DNA of 64,000 bases. It comes from Yuukianura sp. NJ FZ-2021. Taxonomy: Eukaryota. How positions within the stretch are numbered: position 1 is the first letter of the stretch; each line of letters starts with the position of its first letter. The notes beneath the pieces were generated by a model. It made no database searches. It worked only from the letters and a program-made list of their open reading frames with translations, and was not told the DNA's origin. Below are positions 39,301 to 52,665 of this stretch, in pieces. Location of the stretch: NCBI GenBank assembly GCA_046563655.1, contig CM102287.1, positions 4,588,001 through 4,652,000 on the forward strand. Direction: 5' to 3'. Both the position numbers and the translations under genes were made by a program.

Positions 39301-39550
39301 AAGGGCCGTCTGGAGGTCCGTCGAGCTGCCTTTGATAGCATCAGTGGACTAGACAGAAAATTATGTATTAGTCCATTAATATCGCAAAATTAATAATTAT
39401 TTTATCAGTATGTACTCGATTTACTACCTTTGCTTCTCGAGCATGAATCATGTTCCAGACTTGAAGATAGATGGATTCATCAACTTGGGCGGAGCTGGGA
39501 CTTGGAAAAGGAGTTTCTCCAGGCACGTTAGCAGAATTGAAGTGTTCCAT
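36385..39550 (-). CDS. Uncharacterised multi-exon protein, mostly low-complexity, with a possible perilipin-like central region
   Basis: About 10 exons splice in frame via GT-AG (roughly 39428-39550, 39105-39347, 38660-39028, 38362-38595, 38085-38247, 37819-38007, 37564-37757, 37172-37491, 36845-37102, 36385-36774). The perilipin similarity is by eye only. Confidence 0.65.
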
Positions 39551-40291
39551 TTTCTGCAAAGAAAAGTAGATGATTAAAATGTTATTTAACATAATAAATA
39601 TTTTTTTAATCTCGACATTATTGTTGGCAATATCTGTCACTCATTATGAACGTTAAAATCGTGATTGGAAAATGCCGACGACTGTTACGCGGGAAATATC
39701 TTTCAAATATTGGAAATTGTATGGCAAAATGCAATGTTTCATAGAAATGTCAAATACAATCGTCCAGAATGCTTTTCTGCAAATTTCTACATTTACAAAA
39801 CCGAATATCTCACATTATCTGTCCAGTGTCCAAACAAAACCGATTTTCAAAAACGATTAGTTGTAATTTAAAAACGTCCAGGAAGGAGAGGACGGAATTT
39901 AGATGTCGACTGATGAAGGAGCAAGTTGAGAAGCGAAGGTCAGATGATGAGTCAAGCCTTTCCCATTACCAAACAAATGTCAATCAACATATTTATTTTG
40001 ATTACCATGGCAATAAAAAACTAAATCGTGTTTTCTTAGTTTTCGAAATACTCACTTTAGAAGCCATGTTTAACTTGCTTAACAAATTGATTAATTTTAT
40101 GGTTAACTAAATTAGTCAATTAAAATTTTAATTTCTCACCTCTTCGTAATTTGCAATTTGGCTAAATTGTATTCTGTAAACAGCAATTGCATTTGCTATC
40201 ATCACTTCAAATTCAAAACACCTCGTGCTTGCTTCTTTACCTCGGTCATCTGTCTTTGCAAATTGCATGTGCTTTAGTACTCCGTCCGACT

Positions 40292-40405
40292 TGGAGGAGG
40301 AAGATGAAGGCTGTCAAGAGAGAACGTTATGGAGCAAAGGAAATGAAGCGATTGAACGAAATGCTCATCAAAGCTGGCGACATCCAATTCCTTCCAGGTA
40401 ATTCG
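40292..40405 (+). pseudogene. Exact 114-bp duplicated fragment of LLPH exon 1 plus donor site, flanked by 16-bp direct repeats
   Basis: Identical to 41552-41665. It lacks the ATG and includes gtaattcg of the intron. Flanked by gtactccgtccgactt at 40277-40292 and 40405-40420. Confidence 0.93.
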
Positions 40406-40492
40406 TACTCCGTCCGACTTCCCTTCACTTTTCCTCCCATCTCACCCCCACATGAACCATCGCAATTTACGACTTTCTCGCTGTGATTCTTG

Positions 40493-40705
40493 GAGTAGAG
40501 GGTAGGATCGTACTTTGGGACCAACTTAGTTTTAGCCCTCCGAAAAAAGAGTCCCTCAGATATGGCAAACTTAGAAACTGCCAGATAACAAACTACCGAC
40601 AAAATTTCAACAACAACAATATCAATAAAACGACAAAAACTGACGTACCGTATTTCGGAGGGCTAACAATATATAGTAGGCCGACTACTATCCTACCCTC
40701 TACTC
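40493..40705. mobile_element. MITE-like element, about 213 bp, with bipartite terminal inverted repeats
   Basis: Outer perfect IR gagtagagggtaggat / atcctaccctctactc, and inner IR ttagccctccgaaa / tttcggagggctaa. No coding capacity. TA target duplication is possible if the termini are GAGGG...CCCTC. Confidence 0.65.
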
Positions 40706-41527
40706 TTTGGGCATATAAAAGTGCACTAATTTTTTATAAATTACAAAATTTTTTAAATATATCTGTTGCTCCAATAACTAAAATTTCAGTCTGTCAAGCA
40801 AGAAGGAAACCCAACTTGTACGTAATTCAAATCAATTATTGAAATGGAAGTTTGAAGAAATGTGTTAATTCACTTGTTTTTTCAACTCAATACTATTAAT
40901 TTACTTGTTGTTTAAATTCATTACAACTTACAATGCTTAACATAGTATAAAGTTGAGAATGACAACTTTTGTGTGAATGGAATTTTATTCATTGTATTCA
41001 TTAGTAATAGTATGCTTGTTCAATTTCTTTCCTTATTAAATATAATGTTGTTCCAACAGGTAACTATAATTAGTACTTGAGTGTTGTCGACAACATTTCT
41101 TTCTATTAAAAGCTTATTATTTTATGTTCACTTACTTGCGTTTTTGTTTCTATTTTAAAAAAAAATTATTATAACTAATACGTAATTGAAACATTTTTTA
41201 TTAATTAATAATCGTTCTTAAGCTTTTGTCACGACGATGAGGTATTAGTACAAAAAAAACATCCGTGAATATACTATATTCATAATTCGCGTTTTGCAAC
41301 AGAAGCCCCTGCTCAAACCTGGCGGAATCCGCCGGATTCCTATCTCCTCTGTGTTAAGGTAAAATGAGGGGGGAACCCGTCCCAACCTAGTTTGAGTGAG
41401 AGTGAGTGAGCGAAAAACTTGGTTGGGTCTCCTAACAAGTGCTTTAGTATTTTTTGGAGAGTTTGCTAATTAATTGAAGTAGTTACTAATTAAATTCATA
41501 AAGTAGTTTTGATTTAGTTTCATCACA

Positions 41528-44500
41528 ATGGCCAAAAGTCTCCGAAGCAAATGGAGGAGGAAGATGAAGGCTGTCAAGAGAGAACGTTATGGAGCAAAGG
41601 AAATGAAGCGATTGAACGAAATGCTCATCAAAGCTGGCGACATCCAATTCCTTCCAGGTAATTCGCAATTTTTAGTTTTTAGTTATTAATCTGTATACTG
41701 GAAGGCAGAAATAACTAACTACAAGCTGTCAAAGGACAACGTTCGAACGTTCCCAACTAACTGTTTGTTGTCATTGTGGTGGTCGGGTCCAGATTTCGTA
41801 ATGGGGTAAATGGCGTCGGTCGATGCTACCGCGTATGAAACACGGATTTGCCAAATTTTGTGTAGATTTGGGTGTCAAAATATTCTGATTTATTCGTATA
41901 GGCTTTATACATGTATTTGTTTTCCTAGATAATCGTTGTGTCCATTTGACATCGAAGACTCTTTGAGGCAGGAATTAAGTTATGGTTTCTGTGTCCACAT
42001 ATTAGGATATAAAAGTAACAACAATGGAGGGCGAAGGGAAGGAAGAAGAGATTGTTGTGCTGAAGCTGGATTGAATTAGTGGTGGACCATTTTAATACTT
42101 GGTAGTTCGTTTTGTGACTAGAATGGCAACAGTAGTAGTAGATTGGCATTCATCTCTTCTGGCCTTTTTTAGTTTACAGTTTCCGGATTCCTCGAAGTTG
42201 GCTGTCTTCTTCGCTAAGTAACGTTGGCCATGATCCAGTCAGTGAACTTACTTATTCGAGTACAGACACCAGGCATGTTTGCCTCGGCGCATCCAATGCC
42301 CCAAGAAATGATGCCGCCTAGGAAGTACCTTCCGTCTCGACCTTTGACCTGGAGTGGTCCACCACTGTCACCCTGACAGCTAAAACGGAACAACAAAAAG
42401 TCACAACCGACTGTCAGTATCATGATGCTGATTCGGCAGTCTTTTCAAATGTCATGTTGTACCTGTCTTGGCCACCTTTTTCATATCCAGCACAAAGGAA
42501 GATGTCAGGAATATGTTCGACACGGTTGGATTTCAGAAACAGTTCGCGACATTTTTCATTTGACATGATCGGAACAGTTACATGTTGAAGGCGAGAAGGA
42601 AGTTGTCCATTTTCTGTCAGTCTTCCCCAACCTATGAAGAAGATTGTTGAGGTTTCAAAAAGTTAGGTTGAGGTATTGGTAGGTTAACAATTTTGATTAG
42701 GTTATTTACCTGCTACTGTCGCATTTTCTCCAATGAGCAAATCTTGATTTCCAGGTAGACAAATTGGCCGAATGTACTTGGAGAATTGAATGGGTTTTTC
42801 AAGTTTGAGTAGAGCCAGATCGTTTTCGTACGTGAAGAAATTGTAGGACGGATGTACCACCTGAAATCGTTACAAAGTAGCAATAATTTCAAAATTGAAT
42901 TGAATTCTTCCAAGTTTTTTGTCAACTTCTTTTGATTCTCGGGAAAAGCAATTGAAAAGTTGCTACTTTTTGTAAGTATGCGTAGGAATTTGACACTCAC
43001 CTTCTTGACAATTCCGCTTTCAACATGCGGGTACTTTTCATCAGTACCACTAAAGTCCCACTCTCCCAAGCGAACTCTGATTTGCGTCGCTAAGAGGTCA
43101 TCGACACAGTGACCTTTGAACAGCCAAAATCAAAATTTCATTTCAAGATTATCAAAATTTCAATTTTTGTAAACTTTTTCAGCGTACCTGCTGTAGCTAC
43201 CCAGGCTGAGTTCAGCAGTGCTCCGCCACAACGATGTGTCGAAGAGAATCCAAAAAACGACGTCCGTCTCACCGAGGCTATCCACGGAAACTGTCCAAGC
43301 GCCGCTAATATTTAAAAATTTCGAAAACGTGTCAATTCGGAAGCAAAACGTTTTAAGAACGTTTTCAAAATGTGGCCTTACATTGCTTCCCGCCAACGAT
43401 TCGCATTTGGGGATACAGTGGAGCTTTACCACAAAAGTCACTTTCTGCAGATCCCGTTGTCGATACTTCCGGTATCATCGTCGTGCTGTGTGTCGTCGTA
43501 GGTGGCTGCGTTGTTGTTGTTGTCGTTGGTTGTTCCGTTGTTGTGGTTGTCGTTTCTGGTCGACGAGTAGTCGATGTCGTTGTTGTACTTGTAGAAATTG
43601 GTAATCGTTGTGGTTGGATTTGGAAAAATGAGGAATTGGAAGTCACAAAAGGAAGAGTTTCTTCAATTGGCTGATTTTGTTGTGGTCTTGTTTCCATTTC
43701 AATTGGTTGCGCCGTTGTAGACGGCGGTGTCGTCAGAACCGTGACGGCAGTAGCTATTGTGCTGGGAACCGTCCGAACAGTGGTTGTCGGTAGAGCAAAG
43801 GTGGTCGGTATACTTGGAATGACCGGTCGCGCTGGAATCAACGTTTCTGTGTTGACCGATGTCGTTGACGACATTTTGTCAAGGTCGTCGTCGTCAACGT
43901 CTATTGGATGAATGTCATTTGCAGTGTCGTTGTGACCACAACACGAACCGAACATGAATCCATCGACGCACATACCGAGATGTTTCCCTTCGGATTTGAG
44001 ACATTCCCAGACAAACATGCACGTACCGGTTCGTACATTCGGTTCGTCTCCTATCCGACACGGTTTGGGTGAAATTTTATAAGCTCCTGTGATTCAACAT
44101 TCAAAAAAGACAAAAGGAAATTTCAATTATTGTCATGTGCTGAGGAGTTTCATTGTTTTGTGTGTAATTGGTTAGGTTATGCGCATGTGTCCGAAGTGAA
44201 CTTAAGTGAACATAACCTAAGTGTCCAAGTAAGGAGTTGGTGGTTATGGCTTAAGTGGAAAGTAATTAGTAATTAGAACCACCTAAATTGGTGTCATTCT
44301 TAAAACTCCTTTTAGCTCTTGGCGTAACGCACTTTCTCTTTTTTTTCCTGGCTGTCATCGTCATCCTGTTTTAAAAGTCAAACTAAACTAAACAAGAAGT
44401 TAACGCAACAACATCCGTTTTGCAACAAACAACAATCGTTAACTTTTTTAATTGTTTGTACTTGTACAATTTTGTGGTGGAGGAGGACGTAACATGACAG

Positions 44501-46372
44501 TTTTACTTGTTACAACAAAATGCTTTGCAAGCACCTTCAATAGAAAGCCGGATATTGGAAACAAAACATTGCGTAAAAATTGCAACGTGCAATTTGCTTT
44601 TTGTTGCCAATTTGGAGATACGCGGGGTGAAATTGTTTACGTGCTTTTTTGGTTTTTTGCAAACCAAAACTGGAGGGTTCCTCCGTTTAAGTTCATTTTT
44701 AAAAGGAAATGTTAAAAACGCAAAGGATTTTTGAGAACTGCTTGTTAGAAAGTTCCGTTTTTCTGCTACACGGATTTTTTGGCTGAAATGTTTGTGAAAA
44801 ATGCGAAAAAATTGGCAGATGAAGACGCAGCTCTCAGTGAGTGCGATGCCATTTCCTCTCTCGCTGCGTCTTCTTCCTTGTTTTTTACTTTTTTCTTCTG
44901 TTTTTGCACGGGAACTTTTGCAAATCTTGATTTTAATGAAGGTAAAAGAAAATTTACGTTTCCGCCTCATAAGTTTTTACTTTCTGCTCTGCTTCACTTT
45001 ACGATCGAAGGATTTATTTTGAGGCAGATGCATAAATAAAAAAATATTTGAAAAAATAAAGTTCTCTATCTCCATTGCTTCTATACTCTGAAAAATTTAC
45101 CTGAATTTGGAAATTTTGAAAACAAAACCACGTTTTTCGAAATTTTCAACAAATTTTTGAAAAGATTACCTTCTGCTCGCCTAACGTAGGGCGTAGCGTT
45201 GGCGTCTTGTTTTGAACTTAATTGTAACGTGAGAACTGAAATGAAAAAAACTGTGAGAAGGTGAAGTGTGACTTTGTTGGAGCGTGGACCCATCTTCCAT
45301 GCCTCTCCCGGCAGTAGTACTGTCCAAGTATCCAGTCCAGTTGATTTGAACAGAGTGAGAGACTTAAGGGCTGTGAAGTGTTGGAGACCCTTAAGGGCCC
45401 TGCTCAGTTTCTAATTGTTGTGGTGATTGTCAGGGCGTGAATGAGTGGACAAGACCTACTAACACAGAGAGCCTTCTTGGCAACTCATCACGTTCACTCT
45501 CAAGGAGACTCTGGTCCACTTTTGAGTCTCTGAGCCAGGTCGAACCACAAATCGTGTCTAAACCACCCCCAACCCCCTCAAATCTTTCCATCTCAAAACA
45601 CAACTTCATCCCCCGTCAGCATCTTCTGTGTAAACTGTTTTGTTAAGGGTGAAGGCATGATGATGAAGTTGACTCCAACTGCGGGGCAAAAACTAAGGTG
45701 ATTGAAGGCTACTTGGAGATTAGGAGTTGAAAAAACTGAAACTCTGGACAGAAAGTGGGTCAGGAGAAAAATATAAAGGTCATTCCCACAGGGGAGCCTG
45801 TTTGAATAGATCTAGAAAAAACAGGGGCATCTCGGTATGTTTTTGCTCAAAATTGTGATCTTTTGAGGCGAAATGATGATTTGACAAAAAAAAAATCAGG
45901 GAAATGACTTGAAAAAAATGTGGGGGGAAATGACTTGAAAAAGACTCTGGGGAAATTTCAGCAAAAAAAAAAGCAAGAGATTTTATTTGATTTTTTCAGT
46001 TTTTAATACTTTTTTCGTTTATTTGCAGAGATCAAGGAAGAAAAAGAGGAGGAAATGGCTGTCGATGGAGCTGAGCTGGAAGCTGACACGATCACTACTG
46101 AATCTTCCAGAAGATCCAGGATTGACATTGCCAAGAAGCAGCGGAAAAGTGGAAGCGTCGACGCAGAAGTGGATTTGACGCAGACCAAGGACAATGACGC
46201 AGATGAAACACTGGAGAAGATGGCCGTTGATGGAGAGAGAATTTTCCGGAGAAAAACGATGCGAGATCAATTCGGCCAGTATCCGAATTGGATGAACAAG
46301 AGGAAAATTAGAACGCAGCAGAACAAAAACAAACGATTGAAAAAGAGAGCCAAGTCACTCAAACGAAAATAA
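41528..46372 (+). CDS. LLPH: Protein LLP homolog (LAPS18-like), 2 exons with a 4.4-kb intron
   Basis: Exon 1 41528-41657 encodes [29 protein letters not shown]. Exon 2 46029-46372 encodes ...[21 protein letters not shown]...KRK*. The phase-1 GT-AG junction restores the frame (G+AG=E). Confidence 0.93.
42214..45293 (-). CDS. Sb: Stubble-type clip/disulfide-knot serine protease, nested in LLPH intron
   Basis: [30 protein letters not shown] knot, Thr-rich stalk, [26 protein letters not shown], triad TAGHC / ENDLALL / [10 protein letters not shown]. Exons 45170-45293, 43382-44086, 43188-43304, 43001-43113, 42710-42860, 42463-42631, 42214-42379. Confidence 0.93.
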
Positions 46373-46865
46373 GTAAAAACTAAACTTTGTTTTAAAAAAT
46401 TCTTAAGAAGTGTTGCTCGAATTATTCCTGTTTTAAAAAGTTGGTTTTCTTTTAGAAACTGTTTTTTCTAAAAATGTTAAGACGAGCACCACCTCTGTGT
46501 TAGCCTCCGCCCTATTTTTCTCTAATAAAAAGTTCAAAGTTGTTATACATTTTCAGTTTATAAGCTTTCTGTGGAACGGGATTTCTCAATGGGGAAAAAA
46601 TTTCGAGATATTTCAAAAAAATGTGGGCAATTTTTTGAAATATTTCGTAATTTTTTTTTTGCTAATGATGTGTTTGTAGTTGAGGTAATTAGCACCTTTA
46701 TTCAGAAGAAGTTTGCAGTAGGGAAAGCAAGTGAAGCGTGCACGGGTTACAGCAAACCTGAAGATATGCATTTTGGAATGGATAGATTCAAGAGGTCAGA
46801 GGTCAAAGGTTGCTGCTGCTGAGATCAGAAAGGCGTTTAGCCCTGGAGGTCAAAGGTCAAGCGTG

Positions 46866-49032
46866 TCAATCGGAGTCTTCTATGCAGGAATTGGCCAAAT
46901 CCACCGGAGAAGCGTCTGCCCAAGGTTGTGGTTCTCCAGAAGCCAGCAAAGCGTACACGACTCCACCAATGAAGTAAATTGTTCCAGAAATTGAAAACAC
47001 GCCACGCCACTCTGCTGCTGTCTGCTAACGTAAGTCAAATTCAAAATTTTTAAATTTTCCAAAAAAAAACGAAAACCGATGTGTTTTTTCTTTTCAGTTT
47101 TGTTCAAATTCTTCTTACCGCGTTAGTTCCCACCATCCAACCAGCGATTATTGGAGAAACCATGCCAGGAATCGTTGCAAACTAAAACAAAAAGTGAGTT
47201 AAAATTGGAAGTTAAAAATTTTCGAAATTCAGAATTTTCAAAAGTTATAAGTTTTTGTTTTTTGAAAAGGTCAAAGGTCACTGACCGTGTTGGAGATGCC
47301 CATGAGTAGACTGGAGTATCTAGGGGCAATGTCGAGATGGTTGACGCTGAATCCAGCCCAAGCGAATCCTCCCAGTCCTACTGCAATCGTGAGGAACAGA
47401 ATCGCTCCAATTGGATTCGTTATAAATGCTGCTCCGATGATAAATGTCGTCTGGACCAAAAATGCACCGCAAGTGAACAACTTCCGAACAGAAGTTGTAC
47501 TCAAATGACGAATTCGGAGCCAATCGGCAAGTATTCCCGCCAATTGAACAACAATGGCCATGGCCAAGTATGGCAAAGCAGAAATGAACCCAGATTTGGA
47601 CAAGTTCATGCCAAAGGAGCCTACCGGTAACAAAATAAAATTTCGAATCTTGCTAAAAATTCAATTTTTTGAAAAAATAGTTAATTAATTCGTGTGGAAT
47701 GTAAATTCTCTGACTGGTTTTACTTTTCATGTAGGTTGGTAGCATGGTGAGAAGCGTGTAGAATCCCCAATTTTCTGCAAAGTGTGCAGCGTTGATAGCC
47801 CAGACTGGTCCAGATTTCAGCATCTGCCTCCAGGGAAGTTTTTTCTACAAAGTAAAAGTTTAGAAAAGTTGATCCTACTTTCAAAAAGTTCTAATTAAAA
47901 AGTGTGTTTGAGTTTTGCAAAGTTTTTGAAAGTTTTACAGTTAGACTGGGTGATGGTGGTGACAAACTGCATGTGATGTAGTTGACCTCTGCCTCTGAAA
48001 TCCACTTGTCATCGACCGGTGACTCCGAAATGTTCCACATCCAAAGTGCTGTCCACAGTAGCGCCACTATGCCAAAGACGTAGAACACACTCGGCCATCC
48101 ATACACATCCGCCAACAATCCAGACACTGGAAGCGATATGACTGTTCCAGCGTAGGATCCCGAAAATGCAATCGTCACCAGTCGGCTTCTCTCGGACGCT
48201 GGAGCCCATTTACTCCACTTTTGTCAACAAAAAAAGTAAAGTTAAAAATTCACAAATATCTACAAATTGGTCAATCGATGAATCTTACAATTGAATGCGC
48301 CGCAGGGTAACTGACTCCCTAAAATCAAAATCCAAAATTTTGAAAAACTTTTGGTAATTTTCGTTTTCATTTTTAGTTTCTACCTCTGCCAATCCTTGAA
48401 GTACCCTGAGGATGACCAAAGGTACGACGCCTGCGCGAGCAGCCAGAGGAGTCAGAAGTGTCAGAATTGACGTAATCAGGACTCCATAACCGAGCACTTT
48501 TTTCCCGCCATATTTTGTGGCCAACCAACCTAAAACACCGGACACCAAGACGTAAGGAAACTGGTCTAATTTTTCGAAATTTTCGTGCAGTTACGACAAT
48601 TGCTCGAATCCTGTTGACTGTGCTTATGGTGACGTTTTTTTTATGTAATCATTTTTTATGCATTATATTTCAGATTAAATAATCAATTACCTCCAGGAAT
48701 TTGAGTGACAATGTATCCATAGAAGAAGGAGCTGAGAATGAGTCCCTGCGTGGAAGCGTCCCAGTCAAAGTCCTTCTTCTCCGTCATGGACACAATGGCC
48801 ACAGACAAGTTGACCCGCAAGGAATAGATGTTACAGAATCCCAGAAAAGCCAACACTGCAACTCCATAACGTCGTGGCAGTGAAAACGGCCAGTACTTCC
48901 TGTCAAGCCAAAGGTCAAAGGTCACCTCTTAAGCCCAAGTCAACTTCAAATGTCAATTTTCAACTCACCTTCGTGGTCCCTCCGTCCCGTCATCTCTTGC
49001 ATCCTCTTCAGATTCTTCCTGAACTGGAGCAT
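46866..49032 (-). CDS. Sialin-like SLC17 anion transporter (MFS)
   Basis: [118 protein letters not shown], and end ASGEPQPWA...DSD*. The start codon is uncertain. Confidence 0.93.
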
Positions 49033-50659
49033 ATCCTCCACCGCTGCTCTTTCCAAGCAACTTGTCCGTGGCAGCCATTTTCCCGGAAGGAGTCCACTGT
49101 CGATACGCTCAAAAAGTTTCACAACCACTTCAGTTGTCCATTGTCTTCTTCTTGTCACTGCTGTTCCCCTGAGGAGAGAAAGTCAGCAGCAGAGCAACAG
49201 CTTTCCAGCGGCTCCAGCTGGAAGTAACTCCCAACCTGTTGTAAAATTCAGCGTACAGACAAGCAGGAACCACCAACATATGGGAAACAACTCTTAAATT
49301 CACACCTTACGAAGAGGTATAACTTTCTCTTTTCCTGTACCACACAAAAAGTGCGTCGACGTAGTACTAAAGAGGTAGTACATAAGTTATAAGTGGTACA
49401 CTTAACTTTGTTAAGTGTAACATCCCAGGCTTACAACTTGTAAGTTCTTACAAGTAGCAACTCCTGCGGTTAGCTCAAAATTATGGTTTTTGACACGTCC
49501 GTGTGAATGAGCAGGGCAAATGAACTTAATTTTTAGTTAAGGAAAAAATTAGAGCAAGTTTTGGTCAAATTCGGACCAGATTCTTTGAAATTTTGAAACC
49601 AAACAATTTGCAAATCCATTTTGGGGCATTGCAATTTTACAATTTTATTTATAATTTTTGTAATTTTCCATTTCACATTTTGAGTGACGAGTTTTGTACA
49701 ACTAGGGTTTATTAGCACCGAATTCACAGTTTCTAAGTTAATATACATAGTAATTAAAATTTTTAGTTAAACTAGTTCCACTAGTCAAGAGATGCGTAAG
49801 TTGCGCTTGCGCAGCATGCTCTTTGTCTACTTCATTTTGGTTGAGCTTTGTCATGTACACGGTGGGTTTTCAAAAGAATTAGAAGGTCAGAGGTCAAAGG
49901 TCAAGTGAAATTGCAGGAAAAGTGTTTACGCAGGTACATTTGTGTGCTAAATTCAATGTTAGGCTAACTAGAGTAAACATTGTGCGTTACGCTAATGTTG
50001 AGACACGAGTGCTTCAAATGTTTGTAGTAAGACATGAGTACAATGCATGACATGTTGACCTGGGAGGTCAGAGGTCAGTGACCCCTTGGCTCCGTCAACC
50101 ACGTATTTCTGCGGTACTGGACCTAACTAAACTGTAGTCTAAACAACATCAAAATTTTAGCCTAGTTGTCTACTAATTTAGCCTACAACACAAATTTACA
50201 TGACTAAAAATTTTAGCAGTTTCGGTTAGGACTAATTATGGTTAGGTTAATTTACCCCTAACTTTTTAGCTGCATTGTAACAAATTGTGGTGTTAGTAGC
50301 TTGTAACATTGTTTTTCGAATTTTGGAAAAATTCAGATCAAATTTCTAAAAACACTTTTTTTTGATGAATTCTTTTTTGAAAATTGCATTGAACAAATTT
50401 TGAGCAGTAAAATCTTAGGCGTGCATGTTAGAGTTTAGCGACGGTTAAATTTTCTTTTCTCTGAATGTAGTCGAACTGTTTATTTAAACGTAGTTAATTT
50501 TTATCCTCGCCCAGATTAAAACGGAGGTGAAAGTTCGTGTTGTTGTGTTCAAAATGCTTTGCAAATTTTGAAAACTGGCGCGGTACTGGACAGTAGTTGG
50601 ACATTTTGAAATTTCGAAACGGAATGAAAGTGACGATTTGTTGGTTTGTGTGTTTTGAT

Positions 50660-52665
50660 TTAGAGCTGGAGCAGGATAATGAGGTAGGTGGTGACGATGG
50701 AGAAGAACGTCAGAATCGTACTTCCTTGGATCTGGAAGCAAAGTCAAAGGTCAACAACCTCGGAAACTCAACAATTCCCAACAACCTCAAATACTTGCAA
50801 GTACTCACATCGTAGTAGTCTCCGCAGTTGATTCCGAGGACTCTGCAAGCATGTAGCTTGACCTCAGCCGTTTCGTAGGGCTTGCCTCCGCGCAGTAGCT
50901 TCGGAATTTCCTCGAGCCAGGAGTAGATGAAGATCTCCGAGTCCTCGCCCATCTTGCCCATGAACGGCAGGAGACAGCAAATGCGCAGAGTGAAGAAGAC
51001 AGAGTACGTACTGAAGAGGAGGCTGGTGAAGATGGAGTTGGAGTCAGAGGATCGGAGGAACACGAAGATCAGGATACACATCATTGCCAAGTACAGCGTC
51101 TGGTGGGCCAGGAAACTCCCGGAGAAACAGTCGTTCAGATTCTCCACCACGAATTCAACGCGTCTAGAAACAAACAAAATCAAAAATTTCGAAAAACCGA
51201 AGCTTAGACTAGAAAGAGAATCATTTCTTCAACCCGAAAGTTCAAAAAATCCTAAGATTTCTATCGATTTTTGTGTTTTTAGGATTCGAAATTCTTTAAA
51301 CTTTTTTGAATAGGCAAAACTGCAACTGGCAACTGTAAGAATTCAACTCAAATACTTTCTAATTCTAAATTCCATTTTTGGTTGGAGTTGAACTTGAATT
51401 TTTTTCAATTTCAGATTTGACCTTTGACCTTGTGCTGACCTGTAGTTGTCCGTAGCATCCTCCACTTGCATTTCCTGTTGACTTCCGTACTGCGTAGCAT
51501 CTCGCTTCTCAATATTTTCTGCAATGGTAGCGACATCCAGTGTGTCGTTCTTCGGCTTCTTCCGTCCACATACTGCTCGGCGTTCCATCGAAACCGAGTT
51601 CAGGTTACTCAGACTCTCAATGCTAAAAAGTTGATATTAGATTTAATTAAACGTTTAAATTAATTTATTTTAATTAATTAATTTATTTTAATCAATTTGT
51701 TACCAGTGTCGGACGGATCGCACGGTAGCCATCATGAGGATTTCGAATGATCCTGTGTGGACGATACAGAGTGAGATCATGTAGAATTCGAGGAAGGTGG
51801 ATGCTGCGAGGAGGGGCAACGGTGGCTCCTCCATCAGACTCGTGATGTAGGCAGGGAACTGCGGATTCGTCACGTTGTGGGTAGCCACGACAATGCCCGT
51901 GAACAACGTCACGAACATGTACATGCGCAGAAGTTTGTTGAACGTCTTGGTTTGAGCCCTAAGTAATTCAAATTAATTTATAATATTTAATTAATTAATT
52001 TAATTATTTTTTTCATGAATTCCTAGTTACCAGTAGCAGTACATTCCCCGCCGGAAGTCGTCGTACTCCATGTCCTCCTTCTTCTCCTTCCCAGAGTCAA
52101 AGATGGTCGACACCTTCGTGTTTTCCTTAATGTTTGCTCCCGTGTCCTTCCCTGGACATACACATCAACGCTAAGCATAAAGGTCAAAGGTCAAGAGCTC
52201 AAATTCAAAATTTTACCGCCAATGAGATCTTTTTCAAGTTGGATCCACTGTGTCAGGACATCGCAGAGCTTCTGTCGCTTCTTTCCGTACAATGTGATTG
52301 ATGGCAGAGGAAAGATGGCCATGATGAGCCAGCAAGACTGCGAGAACCATTCGACCTTGTTGACCTTCCCCAGCACACTGGACACAGTGAGCAAGAACAG
52401 TTGGTAGAACAGGTACAGGAACAACATCGTCGTGTTCAGACGTGCCCTGTGACATATTTTATTATAATTATGTAAAATATAATATGATAAATTGATATAA
52501 TATAATTAATTAAAATTATAATAATACTGACCAGAGCTTGATCGGTCCCGACCGATGATGGTCCACAACCGTCCCATCCTCCTTGATATGGAACGGGAAA
52601 ATGCCGATTTTGGTGGCCAAGCTGAAGAATTTAGAGTACGCTTTGGAGTAAACGCGGCCCGACAT
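50660..52665 (-). CDS. Gustatory receptor (7tm chemoreceptor family)
   Basis: N-terminal IGIFPF, multiple TM segments, and C-terminal GINCGDYYDIQGSTILTFFSIVTTYLIILLQL* with the GR TM7 signature TYxxxxxQ. Seven GT-AG exons. Confidence 0.88.

Noticed and set aside
40292..40405. Processed (retro) pseudogene or functional second exon 1 of LLPH
   Set aside because: It retains 8 nt of intron, has no poly(A), and lacks the ATG and first codons. Use as an alternative upstream donor cannot be fully excluded.
43372..43674. Val-rich membrane-protein-like ORF on the + strand
   Set aside because: It is the antisense shadow of the Thr-rich stalk codons of Stubble.
44452..45039. Several 75-155 aa ORFs in Stubble intron 1
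   Set aside because: K/F-rich translations of A/T tracts with no recognisable motif or splice support.
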